Made by a program: the position numbers and the translations under genes. This document shows, piece after piece, positions 42,420 through 52,042 of a stretch of 64,000 bases of DNA. Below the pieces are notes generated by a model. The model did no database searches and was not told the DNA's origin. It saw only the letters and a program-made list of their open reading frames with translations. The stretch covers positions 224,001-288,000 of the forward strand of contig CAVZLN010000006.1 in the NCBI GenBank assembly GCA_963776245.1, read 5' to 3'. Within the stretch, counting starts at the first letter, position 1, and the number at the start of each line of letters is the position of its first letter. Source of the stretch: Candidatus Eiseniibacteriota bacterium (GTDB lineage: Bacteria; Eisenbacteria; RBG-16-71-46).

Positions 42420-42914
42420 TCAGTTCCAGAGGCGCGTGCCCTTCCGCACCGGCGGCCGCGTGTTGAGGCGCGCGAGGTGGCTGAGCAGGGTCTCGCCGGT
42501 CTCGGGATGCACCAGCGCCGGGTCGAGCTCGACCAGCGGCACCAGCACGAACGAGCGTCGGATCAGTTCCGAGTGGGGCACCCGCAGGTCGGGCTCCTCG
42601 AGCACCAGGTCCCCGACCAGCAGCACGTCGAGGTCCATGGTGCGCGGCCCCCACTTGTGGGTGCGGGTGCGGCCCAGGCGCTTCTCGATCAGGTGCAGGT
42701 TCCACAGCAGCTGGCGCGGCGGAAGCTCGGTGTCGACCTCGGCCACCGCGTTGAGGAAGTTCGGCTGCTCCGCGTCGCCGACCGGCTCGGTGTCGTAGAG
42801 GGACGAGGCGCGCGTGAGCTGGGTGAGCGGGAGGCGCGCGATCTCCTCGAGCGCCTGGCGGATCAGCGCCTCGCGGTCGCCGAGGTTGGAGCCGATCCCG
42901 ATGAACGCCCTCAT
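42420..42914 (-). CDS. folK: HPPK (dihydropteridine pyrophosphokinase)
   Basis: GSNLGDR, FLNAV and WGPRTMDLD. Confidence 0.96.
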   Translation of the reverse strand: MRAFIGIGSNLGDREALIRQALEEIARLPLTQLTRASSLYDTEPVGDAEQPNFLNAVAEVDTELPPRQLLWNLHLIEKRLGRTRTHKWGPRTMDLDVLLVGDLVLEEPDLRVPHSELIRRSFVLVPLVELDPALVHPETGETLLSHLARLNTRPPVRKGTRLWN

Positions 42915-43270
42915 GCCGGCCTCACGCGCGTCACCTCGATGACGGCGCGGCCGCCGGTGGTCCAGCCCAGGTTCTGCTTGGCGATCCGCACCCGCGCCGA
43001 GCGCACCGTGAAGCGCTCGAGGATGGTCTCCGCGACCTTGGCGGCGAGCATCTCGAGCAGGTGGAAGCTGTTCTGCTCGACCACCTCGCGCACGGTGCGG
43101 TAGAGCGCGTCGTAGTCCACCGCGTCGGCGAGCTTGTCGCTGCTCTCGGCCCGGGCATCCACGGGCTCGAGCTCGAGGTCCACCTCGAGCCGCTGGCCGG
43201 CCTCTTTCTCGTAGGGGCGGGCGCCGTGATGCCCGAACACCGAAAGCCCCTCCAGCCGGATGGTGGCCAA
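42911..43270 (-). CDS. folB: Dihydroneopterin aldolase
   Basis: FGHHG..PYEK..GQ, VDY and LLEMLA. TTG start after a GGAGG SD. Confidence 0.92.
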   Translation of the reverse strand: MATIRLEGLSVFGHHGARPYEKEAGQRLEVDLELEPVDARAESSDKLADAVDYDALYRTVREVVEQNSFHLLEMLAAKVAETILERFTVRSARVRIAKQNLGWTTGGRAVIEVTRVRPA

Positions 43271-43509
43271 CGCGTTGCCTCCGTGAGCGGATGGTGCCCG
43301 TGAGCCCCGTGGGGCCGGTCCTGAGCCGCGGCGAAGTCTAGGGAGGTGCGGGAGGACGGTCAAGGCAGCGCGTGGAGCGGCGTTGGCGCGAAGATCCCCT
43401 TCCCCGCCCCTGTGCTAGGGTGCGCCCACGAGAGGGAAGCCGCAGCGGGTCCCGGTCCGTGGATCCGCGGCGTGCTCCCGCGACCGACTCTCATCCATCG
43501 AGGCGTGGC

Positions 43510-46206
43510 TTGGCCGAACTGATCCAGCGCCTGGAGAGCGCCGTCGCGGACCGCTATCGCGTCGAGCGCGAGATCGGTCAAGGCGGCATGGCGCACGTGT
43601 TCCTCGCGCACGATGAGCACCTGCACCGCGCCGTCGCGCTCAAGGTCCTGCGACCCGAGATCGCGGCCCGGCTCGGCCCCGAGCGGTTCCTTCGCGAGAT
43701 CCGCTTCGCGGCGAGCCTCACCCATCCCCACATCCTGACGGTGATCGATTCCGGAGAGGCCGACGGGCTGCTCTTCTACACCATGCCGTACATCCGGGGC
43801 GAGACCCTGCGCGCCAGGCTGCGGCGCGAGCCCCAGTTGCCGCTCGACGAGGCGGTGCGCATCACGGGCGAGATCGCCGAGGCCCTCGACCACGCGCACC
43901 ACCACGGGCTCGTGCACCGGGATGTGAAGCCCGAGAACGTGCTGCTCTCCGCCGGGCACGCGGTGGTGGCCGACTTCGGCATCGCGCGCGCGCTCGATGA
44001 CGGGACCGGCCCCGCGCTCACCGGGACCGGGGTCGTGGTCGGAACCCCCGCCTACATGAGTCCCGAGCAGGCGTCGGGGAGCCACGCGATCGACGGCCGC
44101 ACCGACCAGTACGGCCTCGCGTGCACCTGCTACGAGATGCTGGCCGGCCAGCCGCCCTTCACCGGTCCGACCTCGGAGGCGATCGCCCACCAGCATCTGA
44201 ACGTGATTCCGCGCCCGGTGACCGACGTGCGTCCCGCGGCCGGCGACGCGATCGCGCAGGTTCTCTCGCGCGCGCTGGCCAAGAACCCCGCCGACCGGTT
44301 CCCCGATACCGCGGGCTTCGCCGCGGCGCTGGCGGCGGCCGCCGCGGCGCGCGTCCCCGCGGCGCGCGCGCCGTCCGGGGCGCGGCGTCGGGCGTGGGCG
44401 TTCGCGCTCGTGCCGGTCGCGCTCGCGCTGGCGGCGGCGGCGGTGTGGTTCGTCGGGCCCGGGAAGCGCCCGGGGCCCGCGCCCGCCCTCGAGCTCGCGC
44501 GCGTCACCTACGACGCGGGCATCAGCCTGGACCCCGCGATCTCGCGCGACGGCCGCATGGTGGCCTACGCCTCGGACCGGGCAGGCGCCGGCGATCTCGA
44601 CCTGTGGGTGCAGTACCTCGACCAGCGTTCCGCGGTGCGCCTCACCCGCGACCCCGCGCACGACATGCAGCCGAGCTTCTCGCCCGACGGCGCGCGCATC
44701 GCCTTCCGCTCCGAGCGCGACGGCGGAGGCATCTACCTCGTCCCCACGCTCGGCGGCGGCGAGCGCCTGCTGGTGCGGGGAGGCTCGTTCCCGCGCTTCT
44801 CGCCCGACGGCACGAGCATCGCCTATGTGGTCATCCCGCCGACCGACGCGCCCGCGCGCATGTACCGGGTGCCCGCCGACGGCGGGGAGCCGAGGCCGTT
44901 CCTGCCCGAGTTCCGGTCGCGCCCGCTGCCCGCCGGCATCGGCCCGCTGTGGTCGCCCGATGGCCGGGCGCTGATGTTCAACGGCCAGCGTGGGGACGAC
45001 GTGGCCAGCCGGGATGTCTGGGTGGCGCCGGCCGACGGCGGCGATCCGGTGCGCACCGACATCCTGCGGACGCCCGGGCTCGCGTCGCCGGTCCGCATCC
45101 CGTGCGCGTGGCTCCCCGGTCGCGTGCTGATCGCCGCGGGCGTGACGTTCCAGGGCCTCAATCTCTACAGCGTCCCGGTCTCGGCCGATGGGCACCGCGT
45201 CACCGGGAAGGCACGGCGCCTGACGACCGGCCCCGGGATGCGCTACTTCGTCGGCGTTTCCGACGACGGACGCATCGTGCTGCCCGACTTCACCTGGACG
45301 GTGCACCTGTGGTCGGCCGAGCTCGACCCGGTCCGGATGGTCGCGACCTCGCCCCCCCGACGCATCACCGAGGAGACCGCCCCGAAATTCGGCCTGTCCC
45401 TCTCGCGCGATGGTTCGCGGCTGGCGTACGGCACGTTCTCCGGGGCGCCCGAGCGCCTCCAGCACGAGGTTCGCGTGCGCGACCTCGCGACCGGAGGCGA
45501 GGCCACGCGCATCACGGTGTCGAACGGGCTCCTGCTGCTCGATCCGCGACTCGCCCCGGATGACACGACGCTGGTCTACCACGACCTCGTCCAGGGTCAC
45601 ACGGTGGCCCTGCTGCTGCGCCCGGGCGAGACCACTGGACGCGAAGTGTGCCGCGACGGACGCGTCATGGCGTTCTTCGGCGATGGCGGCAGCGTCCTGG
45701 CGCGGCTGGAGCGGCGGCGCATCGAGCGCATCGACCTCGTCTCGGGCACCCGTGTCCGGCTGGTGGAGGCGGACTCCTCGACGACCATCGAGGGCGTCGC
45801 CCTCTCGCCCGACGACCGCTGGATCGCGTTCGCCTTCGGCTCCGCCGACGAACGCGTGCGCATCGCCGTCGTCCCGGTGCGCGGCCGGGTGGTGCCGCGA
45901 CGCGAGTGGATGGTGGTGGTCGACGGCCCCGGCCATGTCGCCCAGCCCTGCTGGTCCGCCGACGGCGAGCGGCTGGTCTACCTCGGCGACCGCGACGGCC
46001 CCCTGTGCATCTGGGCGCAGCGGCTCGACCGAGCCACCCGGCGGCCGGCGGGCGAGCCGACCGCGGTCGTGCACCTGCACCGCTCCGATCTCGCCATGCT
46101 CCTCGTCCGGGGCATGTGGTCCGAGGCGGCGACCTCGCGCCGCATCTTCTTCAACGCCGCCCAGCAGTCCGGGAACATCTGGCAGGGCAAGCTGGAGCCC
46201 CGCTAG
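43510..46206 (+). CDS. Hanks-type Ser/Thr protein kinase with a TM segment and C-terminal PD40/TolB-like propeller
   Basis: GQGGMA, VALK, HRDVKPEN, DFG and GTPAYMSPEQ, followed by repeated (F/W)SPDG motifs. TTG start inferred. Confidence 0.92.
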   Translation: MAELIQRLESAVADRYRVEREIGQGGMAHVFLAHDEHLHRAVALKVLRPEIAARLGPERFLREIRFAASLTHPHILTVIDSGEADGLLFYTMPYIRGETLRARLRREPQLPLDEAVRITGEIAEALDHAHHHGLVHRDVKPENVLLSAGHAVVADFGIARALDDGTGPALTGTGVVVGTPAYMSPEQASGSHAIDGRTDQYGLACTCYEMLAGQPPFTGPTSEAIAHQHLNVIPRPVTDVRPAAGDAIAQVLSRALAKNPADRFPDTAGFAAALAAAAAARVPAARAPSGARRRAWAFALVPVALALAAAAVWFVGPGKRPGPAPALELARVTYDAGISLDPAISRDGRMVAYASDRAGAGDLDLWVQYLDQRSAVRLTRDPAHDMQPSFSPDGARIAFRSERDGGGIYLVPTLGGGERLLVRGGSFPRFSPDGTSIAYVVIPPTDAPARMYRVPADGGEPRPFLPEFRSRPLPAGIGPLWSPDGRALMFNGQRGDDVASRDVWVAPADGGDPVRTDILRTPGLASPVRIPCAWLPGRVLIAAGVTFQGLNLYSVPVSADGHRVTGKARRLTTGPGMRYFVGVSDDGRIVLPDFTWTVHLWSAELDPVRMVATSPPRRITEETAPKFGLSLSRDGSRLAYGTFSGAPERLQHEVRVRDLATGGEATRITVSNGLLLLDPRLAPDDTTLVYHDLVQGHTVALLLRPGETTGREVCRDGRVMAFFGDGGSVLARLERRRIERIDLVSGTRVRLVEADSSTTIEGVALSPDDRWIAFAFGSADERVRIAVVPVRGRVVPRREWMVVVDGPGHVAQPCWSADGERLVYLGDRDGPLCIWAQRLDRATRRPAGEPTAVVHLHRSDLAMLLVRGMWSEAATSRRIFFNAAQQSGNIWQGKLEPR

Positions 46207-46248
46207 CGAGGCGATAACAGCGCGGGGCGCGGCGGGGAGGCCGCTCCG

Positions 46249-47088
46249 TCACACCGCCACGCCGAACTCGCGCAGCGCTTCGTTGAGCGAGGTCTTGCGG
46301 TCGGTGGAGGCCTTGCGGCTGCCGATGATGAGCGCGCACGGCGTGCCGAACTCGCCGGCCGGGAACGCGCGCGGCTTCGATCCGGGGATGACCACCGAGC
46401 GCGCGGGCACGCATCCTCGCGTCTCCACCGCCGCCTTCCCGGTGACATCGATGATGGGGGTGGACGCGGTGAGCACCACGCCGGCACCCAGCACCGCGCC
46501 CTCTTCCACGCGCACGCCCTCCACCACGATCGCGCGCGAGCCGATGAAGCAGTCGTCTTCGACGATCACCGGCTGGGACTGCGGCGGCTCGAGCACGCCC
46601 CCGATGCCGACGCCGCCCGACAGGTGCACGCGCCGGCCGATCTGGGCGCATGAGCCCACGGTGGCCCAGGTGTCCACCATCGTCCCTTCGCCCACGCGCG
46701 CGCCGCAATTCACGTAGCCCGGCATCAGGATCACGCCCGGCTCCAGGAACGCGCCGTAGCGCGCCACGCCCGGCGGCACCACGCGCACCCCCGCGGCGGC
46801 CAGGTTGCGCTTGAGCGGGATCTTGTCGTGGAACTCGAACGGCCCCACCTCCATGGTGCGCGAGACGCGCATCCGGAAGTAGAGCGCGAGCGCCTGCTGC
46901 AGCCAGCCGTGCGTGATCCACCGGCCGCCCGCCGGTTCGGCCACCCGCAGGTCGCCGGCGTCGAGCGCGGCGAGCGCGCCCTCGACCGCGCCGCGCGCCG
47001 CGGGATCGTCGAGCGCGATGCGGCCCTCGTAGGCCTCGGCGATGACCGCCCGCCAGCGCTCGACCGGATACCCGTCGGGAGCCCTCAC
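46249..47088 (-). CDS. dapD: Tetrahydrodipicolinate N-succinyltransferase
   Basis: FHDKIPLK, RVVP, MVDTWATVGSCAQIG and GGVLEP. Confidence 0.95.
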   Translation of the reverse strand: MRAPDGYPVERWRAVIAEAYEGRIALDDPAARGAVEGALAALDAGDLRVAEPAGGRWITHGWLQQALALYFRMRVSRTMEVGPFEFHDKIPLKRNLAAAGVRVVPPGVARYGAFLEPGVILMPGYVNCGARVGEGTMVDTWATVGSCAQIGRRVHLSGGVGIGGVLEPPQSQPVIVEDDCFIGSRAIVVEGVRVEEGAVLGAGVVLTASTPIIDVTGKAAVETRGCVPARSVVIPGSKPRAFPAGEFGTPCALIIGSRKASTDRKTSLNEALREFGVAV

Positions 47089-48353
47089 GCGCTCACGCCC
47101 TCGAGCCGCGCGACCGCCTCGCGGCACTGCGCGGGAGTGGGCACCAGGGCGAAGCGCACGAAGCCCTCGCCGCCGCGGCCCATGAACGAGCCCGGCATGC
47201 ACACCAGTCCGACGCGCAGCAGGGCCTCCACGAACGCCACGTCGTCTCCGCCCGGCGCCCGGAGCCACAGGTAGAACGACGCCTCGCTCGCCTCCACCGT
47301 CCAGCCGCGGCGGGCGAAGTAGTCGAGCATGAGCGCGCGCTTCTCGGCATAGCGGGCGCGCTGCTCCTGCGGGTGCGCGTCGTCGTCCCAGGCCGCGATC
47401 GCCGCGGCCTGCACGAAGTCCGGGGTGGCGGTGCCGACGTTGGGGCGGAAGCGCCGCAGCGCGTCCATCAGCCGGGGATCCCCGGCCATGAAGCCCGAGC
47501 GGAAGCCGGTCATCGCCGAGCGCTTGCTCAGGGTGTGGAGGGCGACCACGTTCTCGAGCCCGTGCTGGAGCGTGGAGCCCGGAGGCCGGTCGAACCAGAT
47601 CTCGCTGTACGCCTCGTCGGACGCCACCCACGTGCCGTGCCGGCGCGCGGTCTCGAGCACCCGCGCGGTGAGCTCGGGCGGGGACACCGCGCCGGTCGGG
47701 TTGTGCGGCGTCGTCAGCCACAGCAGCGCGGCACGCTCCCAGACGCGCGCCGGGACACGCTCGGGCACGAAGCGCCAGCCATCGGCGCTGCGCAGCGGCA
47801 CGAAGTGCGGGGTCGCTCCCGCGAACGCGGCGCCCGACTCGTACACCGGATACGCCGGCGTCGGGATGATGACGATGTCCTTCCGGCGCCGCGGAGCGCG
47901 GTCCACCATGGCCAGCGCCATCAGGAACACCGCCTCCTTGCTGCCGTTGACGGGCAGGACGTGGCGTTCGGGGTCGAGGGTCACGCCGAAGCGGCGCATC
48001 ACCCAGCGCGCGCATGCCGCGCGCAGCGCGGGCTGGCCGGCGGCGGCCGGATACGACGACATCGCGGGGATGGAGTCGCGCAGCACCTGCTTGATGAACT
48101 CGGGTGTGAGCTCGCGCGGATCGCCCATGCCGAAGTTGAGGACCTCGAGCCCCGGCGGGCAGAGCGCGGCGCGCTTGCGGTCGAGGGTGACGAACGGATA
48201 CTCGCGTTCGCCGGTGAGCAGCGGATGGAGCGGCGCCTCGGGCCGCGCCCGCGCCCGGCGCGTGGACGCGGTCCGCGCGCGCGGGGCCCGCACGGAGGCG
48301 GCGCGCGGACGCGACTTCGCGCGCGGGGCCGGGCGGACGGTCGTCTTCTTCAC
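47085..48353 (-). CDS. dapC: N-succinyldiaminopimelate aminotransferase (class I/II PLP)
   Basis: GSKEA, PHNPTG, DEAYSEI and LSKRSAMTGFRSG; located between dapE and dapD. Confidence 0.88.
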   Translation of the reverse strand: MKKTTVRPAPRAKSRPRAASVRAPRARTASTRRARARPEAPLHPLLTGEREYPFVTLDRKRAALCPPGLEVLNFGMGDPRELTPEFIKQVLRDSIPAMSSYPAAAGQPALRAACARWVMRRFGVTLDPERHVLPVNGSKEAVFLMALAMVDRAPRRRKDIVIIPTPAYPVYESGAAFAGATPHFVPLRSADGWRFVPERVPARVWERAALLWLTTPHNPTGAVSPPELTARVLETARRHGTWVASDEAYSEIWFDRPPGSTLQHGLENVVALHTLSKRSAMTGFRSGFMAGDPRLMDALRRFRPNVGTATPDFVQAAAIAAWDDDAHPQEQRARYAEKRALMLDYFARRGWTVEASEASFYLWLRAPGGDDVAFVEALLRVGLVCMPGSFMGRGGEGFVRFALVPTPAQCREAVARLEGVSA

Positions 48354-49423
48354 GGTCCCTCCTCGCACAGGAACTCCTCCAGCACGCGGCACGCCGGCTC
48401 GAGATTCGCGATCGGGCAGTACTCGTCCCTCTGGTGGCAGAGATCCGGGATGCCCGGACCGAAATTGAAGGCCGGGATGCCGGCGGCCGTGAAGCGCGCG
48501 ACGTCGGTCCATCCCTGCTTGCCCGCGGTGGGGAGCCCGAAGCGGCGGATGAAGCCCGCCACCTCCGGGTCGCCGGCCGAGACCTTCCCCGCCGGCGCCG
48601 CGTCCACGATGCGCAGCTCGAAGTCCGCCGGCACGAGCGCCCGCAGGCGGCGCTCGGCGTCCGCGATCGTGCGGTCGGGCGTGAACCGATGGTTGAGATT
48701 CGCGACCAGCTCGTCGGGCACCACGTTGCGCGCGCGTCCCGCCTGGAGCGTGGTGACCTGTAGGGTCTCGCGGTACTCCACCCCGTGCAGCGTCAGCGGC
48801 GTGGACGGGAAGCGCACGATCTCCGCCAGCCACGGCGCGGCGCGCTCGATGGCGTTCACCCCGCTCCAGGGCCGCGCCGCGTGCGCACTCTTCCCGGTCA
48901 CGCGGACCTCGGCGTTCATCACGCCGTTGCATCCCAGCTCGACCGCTCCGTCGGTGGGCTCGAGCAGCACCGCGAGCGCCGCGTCGCGGAGCCACGGCAT
49001 CTCCTGGAGCAGGCGGCCCAGACCATTGCCGTCGGCCGGCCCCTCCTCGGCGTCGTAGAACACCAGCGCCAGATCGAAGCGCAGACGCTGGATCTCCAGG
49101 CCGTCGAGCAGGCCGAGCATCACCGCCACGCCGCCCTTCATGTCGGTGGCGCCGAGGCCGTAGAGGCGGTCGCCCTCGCGCCGCGCCCGCTGATTGCCGT
49201 TGGGCGGCACGGTGTCGAGATGGCCGGCGAGGAGCGCCAGCGGGCGCCCGCGCTGCGGCCCGCGCCACACCACGGCGTGGCCCGAGCGGAGGATCTCGCC
49301 GGGCGCCGTGGCGCGCAGCCGCTCGCTCACGAAACCGGCGATCCGCGACTCATCCCCGGTGACACTCGGGATGTCCACGAGCGTGGCGAGCAACTCGACG
49401 AGCGATTCGGAGTTCGGGACCAT
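48350..49423 (-). CDS. dapE: Succinyl-diaminopimelate desuccinylase (M20)
   Basis: GHLDTVP, GATDMKGG, AEEG, HAARPW and GWTDV. Confidence 0.9.
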   Translation of the reverse strand: MVPNSESLVELLATLVDIPSVTGDESRIAGFVSERLRATAPGEILRSGHAVVWRGPQRGRPLALLAGHLDTVPPNGNQRARREGDRLYGLGATDMKGGVAVMLGLLDGLEIQRLRFDLALVFYDAEEGPADGNGLGRLLQEMPWLRDAALAVLLEPTDGAVELGCNGVMNAEVRVTGKSAHAARPWSGVNAIERAAPWLAEIVRFPSTPLTLHGVEYRETLQVTTLQAGRARNVVPDELVANLNHRFTPDRTIADAERRLRALVPADFELRIVDAAPAGKVSAGDPEVAGFIRRFGLPTAGKQGWTDVARFTAAGIPAFNFGPGIPDLCHQRDEYCPIANLEPACRVLEEFLCEEGP

Positions 49424-49507
49424 GATGAGGTGCGCGATGCGCGCGCGGCGACTCTAGCAGCGCCTCGCCGCTTGCGCCAGCGCCGCCGCGGCCGATAGCC
49501 TCGCGCC

Positions 49508-50365
49508 ATGTCCGACGCATCCCCGCTCCCGTCCACCTCCGGCTCCCTCCTGCGCCTCTCGGGGGCCGACGCGCTCGCGCTGCTCCATCGCATCTCGACC
49601 GCGCACCTCGCCGGGCTCGCGCCGGGCGAGGCGCGCGCCACGCTGTTCTGCGACTTCCGCGGGCGCCTGCTGCACCGCGCGGTGGTGGCGGTCACCTCCG
49701 ACCGCGCGGTGTGGCTGCTGCGCGACGATGCCCCGGGCGACGCGCTGGTGGCGCTGGTGGAGCGCTCGGTCTTCCGCGAGGACGTCCGGATCGCCGACGC
49801 CGGCGCGGGTCGCGCGGTGCGCGCGAGGGCGGAGCCGACCGGGCTGGCGCCGGGGACGCTGCGCGAGGCGGAGGGCGTCCCGCGTCAGGTCCAGGTGGAC
49901 CCACGGTCCGCGCTCGAGGTAGTCGACGGTCCGCCCCCGGCTCCCGGCGCGGCGCGTGAGCGCGACCGCATCGCCGCCGCGCGCCCGCGCGCGGGGCACG
50001 AGATCGCCGGAGAGTTCACGCCCTTCGAGATCGGGCTCGCGCACGAGGTGCACCTGTCGAAGGGCTGCTACACCGGACAGGAGGCGCTGATGCGACTGGT
50101 CACCTACGGCGCCGTGCGCCGCCGCCTCGCGGTGGTGTCGGGCGACGGCGCCCCGCCGCCGGTGCCGTGCGACCTCGCCAGCGCCGGCGTGCGTTGCGGA
50201 CGGCTCACCAGCGCGAGCGCCGATGACCGGGGCTGGACCGGGCTGGCCGTGGTGGCGATCGAGGCCGCCGCCGCGGGCCGCGCGCTGGTGGCGGAGGGCG
50301 GCGCGGAGGTGCGCGTCGGACGCGTGGTGCCCGAGACCCGCCCGCTCGGCCTGCCGACGACGTAG
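49508..50365 (+). CDS. ygfZ: YgfZ/GcvT-like folate-binding protein
   Basis: KGCYTGQE signature. Confidence 0.88.
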   Translation: MSDASPLPSTSGSLLRLSGADALALLHRISTAHLAGLAPGEARATLFCDFRGRLLHRAVVAVTSDRAVWLLRDDAPGDALVALVERSVFREDVRIADAGAGRAVRARAEPTGLAPGTLREAEGVPRQVQVDPRSALEVVDGPPPAPGAARERDRIAAARPRAGHEIAGEFTPFEIGLAHEVHLSKGCYTGQEALMRLVTYGAVRRRLAVVSGDGAPPPVPCDLASAGVRCGRLTSASADDRGWTGLAVVAIEAAAAGRALVAEGGAEVRVGRVVPETRPLGLPTT

Positions 50366-50369
50366 GACG

Positions 50370-51977
50370 CTAGGCGCCTTCCGGCGGCCCCTCGTCCTCG
50401 CCCGGCGCGTCCACCACGATGGCGTCGGTGGTGAGCAGGAGCACGCCCACGCTCACCGCGTGCTGGAGCGCGGATCGCGTCACCTTGGCCGGATCGAGGA
50501 TGCCGGCGGCGGCGAGATCGCGGAACTCCAGGCGCTCGGCGTCGTACCCTTCACCGCCGCGGGCCGCGTGGAGCCGCTCGACCACCATCTCGCCGTCGGC
50601 GCCGGCGTTGTGAGCGATCTGGCGCGCCGGCTCCTCGAGCGACTCCTCGACGATCTCGCGCCCGCGCTGCTCGTCGGGGTTCGCGGCGGGCGGCAGCGCG
50701 CGCACCGCGGCCCGCGCCCGCAGCAGCGCCACGCCGCCGCCCGTCACCACGCCCTCCTCGAGCGCCGCGCGGGTCGCGGCGAGCGCGTCCTCGAGACGCT
50801 CGCGCCGCTCCGCGATCGCACTGTCGGTGGCGCCGCCGACGCGGATCACCGCGATGCCGCCGCGCAGCCGCGCGATCCGTTCGCGCACCGCGTCACGCGT
50901 GCGCTCGCGCGTGGCCTCGTCCAGCTCGCGGTCGAGCATCGCGAGGTGCTCGCGGATGGCCTCCGAGGCACCGCCGCCCTCGACCAGCGTGGTGTCGTCG
51001 CGCCCCACCACCACCTCGCGCGCGCGCCCGAGGTCGGACTCGGTGACGCGCTCGAGCTCGCGCCCCAGGTCGGGAGCGATCAGGCTCGCCCCGGTGAGCA
51101 CCGCGAGGTCCTCGAGCAGCGCGCGCCGCGCCGCGCCGGTGCCCGGCACGCGCACCGCCACCGAGGGCGCGGTGCCGCGCAACCGGTTCACCACCAGGGT
51201 CGCGAGCGCCTCGTCCTCGATGTCCTCGGCGATCACCAGCAGCGGCCGCCGGGCGCGCGCCGCCAGCTCGAGCGCCGGCACCAGTTCGCGAGCCGCCGAG
51301 CAGGTCGCCGCGGCGACCATCACCAGCGGATGCTCGAGCACCGCCTCCATGCGGTCGGGGGCGGTCACGAAGTAGGGCGACAGCCAGCCGGCGGCGAGGT
51401 GCACCCCTTCCACCATCTCGAGCGTGGTCTCCAGCCCATGGCTGTCGTCCACCTGGACCACGCCGCGCGCGCCGACGCGCTCGAACGCGTCGGCCACCAG
51501 CAGCGCCAGCGGTTCGTCACCCGCGGCGCTCGCCAGCGCCACGTGGAGCAGATCGTCGCGGCCCTCGACGCGGCGCGCGGTCGCGGCGAGGTGCTCTAGG
51601 ACCGCGGCCGCCGCCGCCTCGATGCCGCGGCGGAGCGCCATCGGGTCGTGCCCGGCCGCGATCGCCTGGAGCCCGCGCGCCACCAGCGCGTGCGCGAGCA
51701 CGGTGGTGGTGGTGGTGCCGTCGCCCGCGCTCTCGCCGGTCGCGGTCGCGGCCTCGCGCACCATGCGCACGCCGAGGTCCTCGAACGGGTCCGCGAGCTC
51801 GATGGCGCTGGCGATGGTCTGGCCGTCGTTGGTGATGGTGGGCACGTGCGCGCCGTGCTCGAGCACCACGCTGCGCCCCCGCGGCCCGAGGGTCACGCGC
51901 ACCACCCGCGCCAGCTGGTCCACGCCGCGCAGCAGCGAGGCGCGTGCCGCGTCGTCGAACTCGAGTCGCTTGCCCAT
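50370..51977 (-). CDS. groEL: Chaperonin GroEL, divergent paralog
   Basis: TLGPRGR, ITNDG, AGDGTTT, ERLEDALAATRAA and GILDP. No adjacent groES and no GGM tail. Confidence 0.9.
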   Translation of the reverse strand: MGKRLEFDDAARASLLRGVDQLARVVRVTLGPRGRSVVLEHGAHVPTITNDGQTIASAIELADPFEDLGVRMVREAATATGESAGDGTTTTTVLAHALVARGLQAIAAGHDPMALRRGIEAAAAAVLEHLAATARRVEGRDDLLHVALASAAGDEPLALLVADAFERVGARGVVQVDDSHGLETTLEMVEGVHLAAGWLSPYFVTAPDRMEAVLEHPLVMVAAATCSAARELVPALELAARARRPLLVIAEDIEDEALATLVVNRLRGTAPSVAVRVPGTGAARRALLEDLAVLTGASLIAPDLGRELERVTESDLGRAREVVVGRDDTTLVEGGGASEAIREHLAMLDRELDEATRERTRDAVRERIARLRGGIAVIRVGGATDSAIAERRERLEDALAATRAALEEGVVTGGGVALLRARAAVRALPPAANPDEQRGREIVEESLEEPARQIAHNAGADGEMVVERLHAARGGEGYDAERLEFRDLAAAGILDPAKVTRSALQHAVSVGVLLLTTDAIVVDAPGEDEGPPEGA

Positions 51978-52042
51978 GGCGCCCCTCCCTGAGACCGCCC
52001 GCGCGCCGCACGCGATGCGCGGCGCGGTGCGGCGCCCCTACC

